DNA of 50,361 nt from positions 1 to 50,361 of IMG/VR virus record IMGVR_UViG_3300046823_000218. One strand, 5' to 3'. The notes under the pieces were generated by a model. It searched no databases. It was not told the DNA's origin and was given only the letters and a program-made list of their open reading frames with translations. The stretch comes from a virus. Shown piece by piece: positions 35,001 through 41,127 of the stretch (positions are counted from its first letter, which is position 1; every line of letters begins with the position of its first letter). Position numbers and translations under genes: made by a program.

Positions 35001-35568
35001 CCGGGGCGTGCAGTCCGCATTCGACCCTGAGGCACCGGAGACCAACACCCGCGCGCATGACGCCACCAAGGCGCTCTACAACCTGGTGGGCATCCCGGCG
35101 ATGGCGATGATGTCGATGGGGATAGCAGGTGCGGGTGTGCCCCTGGTGACCCCAGGGGCCAGCTTCGCGTTCCAGAAACTGTCCTCCCAGCAAAGCGCCG
35201 AACACGCCGCCGACGTCACCGGTCCCAAGGGCGCGAAGCTGCCCAAGGGCGGCGAGGAGGACATGAATATGACCCCGGACCTGTCCTCCACGGCGGACGA
35301 GGGCATGAATATGACGCCCGACCTGCTTGCCGAACCCAAGCCCGGGGAGAAGACCGGCGGGACGGTGGGCGCCAGCGTGCCCTGGGGCTTCCTCGACGAC
35401 TTCATCGCACCCGCTGCACCGCTGGTGAAATCGGGCCTGGGCATCGTCCCTGGCTGGATGAAGGCGGGGGCAGTAGGTGCGGCAGGGCTTGCCGGTGCCA
35501 GCAGTTTCATGTCAAGGATGGAACCATACCGGAACGCACCCGCGCCGGAGACGCCCCGCTCCCGTTAG
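29059..35568 (+). CDS. Giant internal virion / ejection protein (2169 aa) with an HExxH zincin-like motif and C-terminal TM segments (T7 gp16 position)
   Basis: ORF track. PGPGPGPAPGPAPG... repeat at 29215-29298. Glycine-zipper TM-like segments are present. HIAGGSNVFGHEWIHAFDHD has its HEWIH at 31933-31947. C-terminal hydrophobic helices and an MNMTPDL x2 repeat are also present. Confidence 0.85.
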   Translation: MTPFDNPPTEKFSLTPPASPVATTAAQSTGRDSSILSVLSGASQAVTPQPSVPGPGPGPGPAPGPAPGPAPGPAPGPAPPTERFSLPDTQPMPTGAAPVPASVPGDQTAAAPPTEQPPEQSALGWVGDQLSSFASGAWQGVKSIPEAFTTQPFAPPTGTEAKPPGDFAGATGYGITSSVPMLAGGAGGALLGTAIGGPPGGIAGGALGMFAGTVVQELRPGYVAAVNSGLDHDAAVNQAITQALAQGTFSGLTAPLFAWAPFKGLVGKLLFTSMATGPAVGAAGRVVVPAVTGQPMPSAEELAKGVGQDVITGFTLGGVHEAGRAIVGHGAPAAKPGTTVRGRLPVLPESTEPPPGGAPGAEPPPAPGAGTEPPAPSPAPEAPATDLQPRPGEPVPGTPTPTTPTAVADTGAEGAVAKTEPPSPTPPTDGRTPTDVVDHPTPPVPAAPAPEPVPGVVETPAGRGGVPVSEAGTQEAGAGGGPAPAAPAGADTGAAPGVGETRQAGGGLTPPAQEHPALTALKQVADPISAKDLIRQNLDLPDAAAAAMVAPDGRIFMFRPGYHDYATSHADFAVQHPDHPFIELSSFGGKEIGASKPSPGAPTDAQMRTINALRQLTQREGGNLTTSFQQTPSPAAPSVVASSASPVERATAKDQAAVGAPGVEAAAPAREAASAPGVTPPGLRPEDQVRVGQLDRQITRLQEDIAKAPAGPARTTLEGQLERLQASRAEITTGTAAKPEAQPALDKLNKQIAPLEARVEKLVAKENLTKAEQRELGNKQDQLAKLRVQRDQLVGASDAEGLASRRWRPRNLKPYEPPPEPTLTRDFHHYQFQNGTSVYSKAFADAGHDPRLATSYPVAKQLKILTEQTQRQFGFKSVKFSPDHPGGKVAIDELLNLYRGIHDMMAAHNLPLDYASMGGKLHLQLEPLRSGPKAYYGQYSYGPLGRTIHIAGGSNVFGHEWIHAFDHDLIERMQLDPQRTNLLSRFTRDKGLDPKDGTKAAFAKLLNTMFYDEGDLAHQRMQLQQLAGEVRKDGSPTEMARMAQENLKVIESGKAMKMQIKSSEYRKMAKEFSPNNPYWSDEEELLARAGESYLARGMEQNGVNPRGVVMPDEAYARGLDKRLKMTFPKNDELMAIHAAFKDVFDAARAEGIWGSAAAAKSNDYGMVDPNGFMRTARLAGDTPTLRKKAIEFMQVGNNLKRVQKSMKETTPFDRSRPIAERKWSKRASLWAGHVFNSKLAAMDAIIKANPESARPYLQQIRDAFGSQHGSGRATGEGMEQESRAQATTWQNGLAAILQKHGLLEKMTDLQDRMIVWGLTTGEDNYRGTPMPDNVKSVIQEARLLHNQVFDTAERAKLDIEYVGQQYPRIYDTSKINANQSNKDAFTADATKVYKVDFNNQVGVPGDKPDVLLKKYRQLSPGDKSDIDTKNPGVNAGMKELGKNLRRQRAIEKQLAAGPDPALSAELAQLQAEARQLAEDHHDAIGDHISSEAAIDWQLRTSKGYPGDFEKIGPSGRFLQHRTLPPETDRLMENWMVRDVRTVLPQYYEQVARKVAYAKRLGPKGEILESLLDNAARHGLMLNDGPTMRGLVQQITGYGEDGNATHNVIGPLANSVNAYGAALLMPRSMWTSLHEFAVSGLATGDLRVSLRSLANIMGDIIGTGAAHDRREVADLVGVTQSKLAESLMTARIGSDYHDSPRIAWLMQKYYKMIGLTGLTNAIRRANFGALNWHLRNQSRNLLSAEQGAYWDLRRDRARRLFNEMGIPPAEHLAFAAEMLTHDGVPEFNYLTDPNNAGFARLYGRAMRQLSDWSSQNPYKGDRPALAETPMGRFVWQLQHFNYAFQRNVLDPMVHNMGTDFAFMRDRALAQGAGYLSSRLHGIGGLANAGVGFAGAAGLLVASSLVTTMLREMLFNGDKLDEHKKKGDLGDWFTDLAIQRAGLSGSLDPLVQMVNNMRYNADANSLIAGASPTFIAKNLTDVIRGVQSAFDPEAPETNTRAHDATKALYNLVGIPAMAMMSMGIAGAGVPLVTPGASFAFQKLSSQQSAEHAADVTGPKGAKLPKGGEEDMNMTPDLSSTADEGMNMTPDLLAEPKPGEKTGGTVGASVPWGFLDDFIAPAAPLVKSGLGIVPGWMKAGAVGAAGLAGASSFMSRMEPYRNAPAPETPRSR

Positions 35569-35585
35569 TAAAAGGTATCTGTCAC

Positions 35586-35786
35586 ATGGACCGCAAAGAA
35601 CGCGAAATCCGCGACTGGCTTGGCATGTCGCTGTTCTTCATCTGCATCGGCTTCTTCATCTGCTGGTTGGAAGGCGACCTTTCCCCCTTCATGGTGTTCG
35701 GTATCCTGATCGGCATGCCTCTGTTCGTCGGGGTGATCGGTGTCCTGAGTAACCTGCTTGAAAGCCACAAAAAGCCCCTTTCTTAG
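35586..35786 (+). CDS. Holin-like small membrane protein (2 TM)
   Basis: ORF track 66 aa. It has a charged N-terminus, two hydrophobic helices and a charged C-terminus. It is the last gene of the late operon. Confidence 0.55.
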   Translation: MDRKEREIRDWLGMSLFFICIGFFICWLEGDLSPFMVFGILIGMPLFVGVIGVLSNLLESHKKPLS

Positions 35787-35792
35787 GGGTTT
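35772..35792 (+). terminator. Hairpin at the end of the late operon (overlaps the stop codon)
   Basis: AAGCCCCT-ttctt-AGGGGTTT (one G-U pair). Further hairpins follow: GCCGAATTCGGC near 35800-35811 and CCCGCT-cctt-AGCGGG near 35861-35876. Confidence 0.5.
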
Positions 35793-35962
35793 CGTAGAGT
35801 GCCGAAATTCGGCTCTCACACAGCGAACAGCAACAATCAAATCAAACGCTTACGAGGAGGGCCCGCTCCTTAGCGGGGACGGGTGCAAGACACACACAAC
35901 ACAGTAGAAATCCCTTTGTTTGCCGCGGTTTGCGAGTAAATAGGGCGAATTCCAACCGTCCG

Positions 35963-36019
35963 TTGTTGTGCATTGTTGTGCATGTCAAGCCCCTAAATTA
36001 ACGCACAACACGCACAAAA
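35963..36019. repeat. TTGTTGTGCA x2 perfect tandem (35963-35982) facing inverted GCACAACA / GCACAAAA copies (36003-36019)
   Basis: Direct reading, in the convergent gap between the late and early operons. The right arm overlaps the last codons of gene 35998..36252. Confidence 0.85.
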
Positions 36020-36252
36020 TCCCGCCGGCGTGTAGTGGATGAAACGCGTTTTTCCTTACCGCATCGAGGTTTTTTGTCCGGTGCCGAATGCTCGGCACTC
36101 ACTTCCTGAGCGCGCAACAACGCCGTATCTTTCACCAACTCAAAGAACACTTCCCGGACCAGCGGCGACGTTTCCGCCAGCATAACGCTGACCCGGCCCA
36201 GGGCTTCGGAGATTGCCTCAAGGTCTTTGGCTTCCCGCGGCGTCAGCTTCAT
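35998..36252 (-). CDS. Hypothetical protein (84 aa), last gene of the leftward early operon
   Basis: In-frame ATG 36252 of ORF 35998..36369, 7 nt after the polymerase stop and preceded by AAAGGA. Sequence begins MKLTPREAKDLEAISEALGRV... Confidence 0.55.
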   Translation of the reverse strand: MKLTPREAKDLEAISEALGRVSVMLAETSPLVREVFFELVKDTALLRAQEVSAEHSAPDKKPRCGKEKRVSSTTRRRDFVRVVR

Positions 36253-36259
36253 CTGACAG

Positions 36260-38194
36260 CTATCCTTTCTGATACCGACTTGCAACGAAGCCCGCCGCCC
36301 CCATAGGCAAACCCTGCGCCCAGAACGGCGTCTGCGCCATGACCTGTTGCATATCCCGATAGACCGCATCGGCCTGGTCCACGGGGACCTCGGCGATCAG
36401 CTCGTCATGCACGGTCCCGGTGAGCGGCGTGCCCCACGCGTCCAGCTCGATCATCGCGTCCGCCATCACGTCGCGCGCCGTGGCCTGGACGATGTTCTCG
36501 ACCAGCTTCCCGGGCCAGGACCGCAGGCGCGTCCAGCCAGAGCTGCCGCCGGCGGGTCCCATGTAGGTGAACTCGGCATGCCCGTTGTCCGGGTTCGCCT
36601 CGACGCGAGGGTGCCGGTAGACGAGATGCCTGCCGCTGGGCAGGCGCACGGTGACCATCCCCGGCCGGCGGACGAAAACGAGGCGTCCCAGCCGCTCCTG
36701 GGCGCCGACGCGTGCGGTGACCCGCATCAGCACCCGGTGCGCTTCCCACCAGAAGTCCACGATCCGGCTGTTGGTCTGGCGCCATGCGGCGACGAGGCGT
36801 TCACACTCGTCGATTTCCAGGACCAGCCCAAAGCCGGCGGCGGTGAGCCGGAAACGTTCTGGTCCCATGCCGAAGCCGCAGGCCAAAACGAGCACCTTGC
36901 CCAGTTGCCGGTTGAGACTGCCGACCTTGCGTGCGGTCTCGACGTAGATGTCCTTGCCGGTGGCGAACACCGTCAGCACGTCCTGCTGTCCCGCCAGCCA
37001 CGCCAGGACCCGGGCCTCGATCTGGGACAGGTCCACCACCACGAGCTTGTGCCCCGGCGCCGCTTGGATCGTGGACCGCAAGCACGACGCCAGCACCCCC
37101 ATGGGGCTGTCCTGGAACAAGAGCGTCAGGTCCTCAACACCAGCATTGCGCCGGAGGATCGCGACCAGGGCGTCCTGCACGGCCTCGGGGGTGATCGATC
37201 CCCGGAACAGGTTCTGCGGTTGCAGCCGGCGGCCGGCCCAGCGCCCCGTCCTGCCGGCGCCATAGTATTGGAAGCACCCCCGCACGCGCCCGTCCGGGGA
37301 CTGTGCCGACAGGATGGCGTCCAGCTTGGCCACCGAGGACCGGGAGGCGTCCAGGCGGGCCTGTAGCGCCGCCCTGGGACCGTCTGCGAGGCTCGGGTCC
37401 AACAAGGCGCGGGCGACGGTGCCGCGGCGCAGATCGGGCAGGTCGACGCCCCGATCGGTCAGCCATTCGCGGAGCTTGGCGACCTGGTTAGGCGTGGTCA
37501 CCTGGCCGTTGGTCAGGCGGACCAGCTCCCGGGACAAGCCCAGCTTCGCCTGTCCCGCGAGGACGTGCAGCCTGCCCACCAAGAGGGTGTCGACGTTGAG
37601 ACCCCGCTGGTTGATCCGGTGGTCGGCCTCGAAGACCTTGCGCTCGCGCGGGGACAGCTCCGGGATCGCACGGTCCAGCTCACGCTCGGCCTGCACGTCG
37701 GTCACGCAGTAAGCCGTCAGCCGGGTGAAGTGCTCGACGGAGGTCTCGTGCCACCATTCCGGGGCGCCCGTGACGACGTCGAACGACCGCGGCCGCGCCA
37801 TGCGCAGCATCAGGTCGCGCGCACCCTTGTCCTTGGGGATCGAGAGCTTTGCGGCGGCGGAAATTTCTTCGAGGCCCGCCGGGTAGCCTGCCACCAGGGC
37901 GCGCGCCATGGTGCAGGACCACTGGGAGAGGGGGATCGTCGGCCAGGTGCCCAGCTTCTGGCGATAGACGTTGAACTCGAACAGATAATTGTGTGCCACC
38001 ACGACGGCACCGGCGCGGATCGCGTTGATGAAATCTTTAGGCGCGGGTCCGCCAGTCCAAACTTGAACGTCGTTATCGTCGATCGCAAAGCATAGAACTG
38101 TGACGCGGGTATCGGGATGCTCGGCATAGGCTTGCGCTCCGGTCTTGCGCAGGTCGGCGGTGGATGCTGTCTCACAGTCCAACACCAGGCGCAC
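36260..38194 (-). CDS. Family A DNA polymerase with 3'-5' exonuclease domain
   Basis: ORF track 644 aa (GTG start). Exo I is LVLDCETAS, motif A is VVVDLSQIEARVLAW, motif B is RQLGKVLVLACGFGMG, and motif C is TVHDELIAEV. Confidence 0.92.
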   Translation of the reverse strand: MRLVLDCETASTADLRKTGAQAYAEHPDTRVTVLCFAIDDNDVQVWTGGPAPKDFINAIRAGAVVVAHNYLFEFNVYRQKLGTWPTIPLSQWSCTMARALVAGYPAGLEEISAAAKLSIPKDKGARDLMLRMARPRSFDVVTGAPEWWHETSVEHFTRLTAYCVTDVQAERELDRAIPELSPRERKVFEADHRINQRGLNVDTLLVGRLHVLAGQAKLGLSRELVRLTNGQVTTPNQVAKLREWLTDRGVDLPDLRRGTVARALLDPSLADGPRAALQARLDASRSSVAKLDAILSAQSPDGRVRGCFQYYGAGRTGRWAGRRLQPQNLFRGSITPEAVQDALVAILRRNAGVEDLTLLFQDSPMGVLASCLRSTIQAAPGHKLVVVDLSQIEARVLAWLAGQQDVLTVFATGKDIYVETARKVGSLNRQLGKVLVLACGFGMGPERFRLTAAGFGLVLEIDECERLVAAWRQTNSRIVDFWWEAHRVLMRVTARVGAQERLGRLVFVRRPGMVTVRLPSGRHLVYRHPRVEANPDNGHAEFTYMGPAGGSSGWTRLRSWPGKLVENIVQATARDVMADAMIELDAWGTPLTGTVHDELIAEVPVDQADAVYRDMQQVMAQTPFWAQGLPMGAAGFVASRYQKG

Positions 38195-38197
38195 AGA

Positions 38198-38365
38198 TCA
38201 CAACCGCCCAGCCAGCACCATCACGACCACGATGATCAACACGATGAACAGCAAGCCGCCGCCGCCGAAATAATACTGCGGGTAAGCCTCGTGCCAGCCG
38301 CTGTGAAAACCGAACCCGCCGCCAAAGAGCAGCAGGATCAGCAGGATGAGCAGGACCAGATACAC
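38198..38365 (-). CDS. Small hydrophobic membrane protein (55 aa)
   Basis: My translation from GTG 38365 (after AAAGGAG): VYLVLLILLILLLFGGGFGFHSGWHEAYPQYYFGGGGLLFIVLIIVVVMVLAGRL. The stop lies 3 nt before the polymerase start. Confidence 0.45.
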   Translation of the reverse strand: MYLVLLILLILLLFGGGFGFHSGWHEAYPQYYFGGGGLLFIVLIIVVVMVLAGRL

Positions 38366-38389
38366 GTTAGAACTCCTTTACGAGGACCG

Positions 38390-38470
38390 TCACAGCAGCC
38401 ACCACAGGAGAAAAACTAACAACGTGCCGTCGACCAGCCACACTATGAATGTGTCCAGCCGAGGTTTCAT
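38390..38470 (-). CDS. Possible 26-aa hydrophobic micro-protein
   Basis: ATG overlaps the upstream stop (ATGA). Sequence is MKPRLDTFIVWLVDGTLLVFLLWWLL. It is very short, so the call is tentative. Confidence 0.25.
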   Translation of the reverse strand: MKPRLDTFIVWLVDGTLLVFLLWWLL

Positions 38471-38682
38471 AAGTTTGAATACTCGCGCTCGCATGCGCGC
38501 ACGTCAATGTAGGCAGCGTGCTCCGGCTCACCGGGCCAGTGTTTGACGTAAATGGCGTCCTCAGCTTCCATCAGCCACGCAGCAACGTCGTCGGGTCTGA
38601 GGCCCCGGGACAGCGCATAGGACATGAACGCTGTCCGGTAAGCCGCAAACCAATCGTCGCACCACCAATATTCGGCGCTCAT
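38467..38682 (-). CDS. Hypothetical protein (71 aa)
   Basis: ORF track. Protein-like composition (MSAEYWWCDDWFAAYRTAFMSYALSRGLRPDD...). Confidence 0.6.
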   Translation of the reverse strand: MSAEYWWCDDWFAAYRTAFMSYALSRGLRPDDVAAWLMEAEDAIYVKHWPGEPEHAAYIDVRACEREYSNL

Positions 38683-38864
38683 CCGGTGTCATCCGGGAGC
38701 TGACCCGGCACCACTTCCAGGACCGGCGGCAACTGCAACCAGTCGGTGATGTTGTGCTTGACCGCCAGGCGCCAGAGAGTGCCGTCGCTGCACAGCGCAT
38801 AGACCACATCACGACCGCCGTCGTTGGCGACCGCGACCTGCACGATCGGCTTAGAAAGGGGCAT
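38679..38864 (-). CDS. Hypothetical protein (61 aa)
   Basis: In-frame ATG 38864 of ORF 38679..38966, overlapping the SSB gene end by 14 nt. Sequence begins MPLSKPIVQVAVANDGGRDVVYALCSDGTLWRLAV... Confidence 0.5.
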   Translation of the reverse strand: MPLSKPIVQVAVANDGGRDVVYALCSDGTLWRLAVKHNITDWLQLPPVLEVVPGQLPDDTG

Positions 38865-39417
38865 CTTCGTCGACCAGCTCGCCGGCGTCGACGACATCAT
38901 CGAAATCATCCTCGGCGGCAACGCGCCCATCGAGACGCACGCCATCGGTGCGGGTGATCTGCACATTGTTGAGCGCGAACGAGACGCCCTTGTTGCCCGA
39001 GTTGTTATAGCCGAAGGGCGCGACGGTAGCGCGTGCCATTTGTCCCGCCCACACGTCAGCGGGAACGGTTATCTCCCGCCGGTGCGCGTCGACCACCCCC
39101 GGCCGGTCCTTGGACCAGGCCGCGATATATACGCCGCCCTCGATGTCGTAGCCCTTGTATTTCTTCTCGGCGCAGCGACGGAACGGCAACCGCAAGGTGG
39201 CCACGAAAGCCTTATCCTCGTGCTTTCTGGCGCCGAAGGTCTCATCGATCTGGTCGGCGACCGCACGGCGCAGTGCTGCGAACTCGGGCGTGCTCTGGGC
39301 CACCTTGTCGAACAGCAGACTGATCGAGAAGACCGCCTCCGCCCCCATCGCGCGCGGCTTGGGGACGAACAACCGTGGGAAACTCAGGATGCCGATCGGT
39401 GTGCGAAGGCTAGCCAT
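38851..39417 (-). CDS. ssDNA-binding protein, T7 gp2.5-like (DUF2815-type)
   Basis: ORF track 188 aa with RBS GAGGAGGGG. The N-terminus is GILSFPRLFVPKP. The acidic C-terminal tail ends in Phe (DDFDDVVDAGELVDEDAPF), the hallmark of gp2.5-type SSBs. Confidence 0.8.
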   Translation of the reverse strand: MASLRTPIGILSFPRLFVPKPRAMGAEAVFSISLLFDKVAQSTPEFAALRRAVADQIDETFGARKHEDKAFVATLRLPFRRCAEKKYKGYDIEGGVYIAAWSKDRPGVVDAHRREITVPADVWAGQMARATVAPFGYNNSGNKGVSFALNNVQITRTDGVRLDGRVAAEDDFDDVVDAGELVDEDAPF

Positions 39418-39421
39418 AGGG

Positions 39422-40612
39422 TTACCCCTCCTCTGGAAAATCGGATGCGATGTCGTTCGGGACCAGCTTGACGCCGGACGAATGGCTTTCGACCAAGGGC
39501 GCGAATGTCCGCCGCCAGAGGTCTTCCTTACGTCGGGCCTTCATTAGTTTTTCGATCTGCGCCGGTGAGCGCAGGGAGACATCGTAAGCCTCATCGAGAG
39601 TGAAACCGTTTTGCAGGACCAGCCCGCCGGTGCGCTTCTCGTCGGCCCAGCGGCGAACGGGGCGCGTCGGTCCCAGCGTCCAGCCGGGCACACGCACCTG
39701 TTTCTCAAGTTGCTCGACGGCGAAGGCGCGGAGCGCCTTGATCCAGGTCTCGGCCTGGTCGGCGATAGTCAACCACTTACCAAGCACGGCGGGATCGCTG
39801 GGCAGCGATATGCCATCGTCGGAAAAATCCCGCTGCGCCACCGCGACCGCCTTTTGATAAAGCTCGGGACAAGCGAAACTCGCAGGACAGAACCGACACC
39901 ATGGTCCTGGGACCAGCGGCGCGTCAGGCGCGGCCGCGCGCTGCACGCCCGGGATGAGCACATCATCCACCCACATGACCACGTCGAGCACATCGAGTGT
40001 CACGCTGCGGATTTTCTCAGGCGTGCGCGCGTGCGGCTGCACCACGGTGAGCGTCACACGCTCAATCGGATCACGGTCAGGATCATCCAGCTCGACCAGG
40101 ACACCCGCCGCGTAGAACAGCATCTGTGCGTTGTCCTTGGGGTCCACCAGGATGCCGACGCCGTTCTTGAAGTCGACGATTTCGAGTTCGGCCTTGTCGT
40201 GAAACGCCGCGTCGACGCGGCCGAACATGCGCACCGGTGGCTTGAAGTCTGTGTCAGCGAAATAGGCATCCAGTGCGACCCGGAACTCGGCACGCACGAA
40301 CCGGCCGCGGGCGATCTGCTGGCCCACGTAATCGAGCATCAGGTTCACGCCGGCGACGAAATCCTCGTCGACCTCGATCACATGCTGCTCGACCTGCCGG
40401 AGGCTCCCGGCCTCTGTCTCCGGGATCACCAGGGGCGTGTCGTTGATCTGGTGGTCGGTGATCGCTTCCTCGATGTAAGTATGCGCGAGCGTGCCCCGGG
40501 CCGCGTAGATCGACGAGGGCCGCGCCGGCGCCTGGCGCGTCAGGTTGAAGCTGCCAGGACAAGCCAGCCAGCGATGCGCGCCGGACGCGCCGAGAAGCGA
40601 ATGCTCGCTCAC
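39422..40612 (-). CDS. PD-(D/E)XK nuclease, Cas4-like / DUF2800-type with 4-Cys cluster
   Basis: ORF track 396 aa. The N-terminus is LGASGAHRWLACPGS, with EIVDFKNG...Y also present. The C-terminus CRFCPASFAC completes the Cx(n)CxxCx5C arrangement. Confidence 0.8.
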   Translation of the reverse strand: MSEHSLLGASGAHRWLACPGSFNLTRQAPARPSSIYAARGTLAHTYIEEAITDHQINDTPLVIPETEAGSLRQVEQHVIEVDEDFVAGVNLMLDYVGQQIARGRFVRAEFRVALDAYFADTDFKPPVRMFGRVDAAFHDKAELEIVDFKNGVGILVDPKDNAQMLFYAAGVLVELDDPDRDPIERVTLTVVQPHARTPEKIRSVTLDVLDVVMWVDDVLIPGVQRAAAPDAPLVPGPWCRFCPASFACPELYQKAVAVAQRDFSDDGISLPSDPAVLGKWLTIADQAETWIKALRAFAVEQLEKQVRVPGWTLGPTRPVRRWADEKRTGGLVLQNGFTLDEAYDVSLRSPAQIEKLMKARRKEDLWRRTFAPLVESHSSGVKLVPNDIASDFPEEG

Positions 40613-41127
40613 ACGGCGACCTTGGTCTTCTCGGCCAGCGCCATCACGGCGGTGAAAAACTCATGGCCCCTGGCGGGAGGCACATCGGCGAACTTGGCGA
40701 CCTGGAACTGGGCTTGAAGCGCTTTCACCTCGCGCTTGAAGCCGGCGTTGTAGATCGTGCGGACCGAGACCAGCCCGCGGTCCCGGGCCTCGGTCGGGGA
40801 CATGCTGCCCTCGGGGACGCCCTCGTCGGCCAGCTCGTCGGCGAGCGGATCATCTGCCTCGCCCGGATCAGAGTTCAGATCATCCTCGACGGCGGCAGCC
40901 GCCGCGGGCTTGGTCTTGCCGTTACCAGGCGGGCGACCACGCGGCTTCGGTGCATTGACGTTCGCCGGGGGCGCACGCGGAGGAGCGTCAACGCCCCTGA
41001 CGATCACATTGGTTTCGACGCCCAGCTCTTTGAGCGTCTTCACCGCGGCGAGAAGGCTGCCGAAGACGTCAAGATTTTCGCTGCCGAAATCATATTCAAG
41101 TTGCAGATGAACAACGAGCATGGGCAT
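40609..41127 (-). CDS. Hypothetical protein with an AT-hook-like PRGRP core and an acidic linker
   Basis: ORF track 172 aa with RBS GAAGGAA. Contains NAPKPRGRPPGNGKTKP followed by DDLNSDPGEADDPLADELADE. Confidence 0.65.
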   Translation of the reverse strand: MPMLVVHLQLEYDFGSENLDVFGSLLAAVKTLKELGVETNVIVRGVDAPPRAPPANVNAPKPRGRPPGNGKTKPAAAAAVEDDLNSDPGEADDPLADELADEGVPEGSMSPTEARDRGLVSVRTIYNAGFKREVKALQAQFQVAKFADVPPARGHEFFTAVMALAEKTKVAV

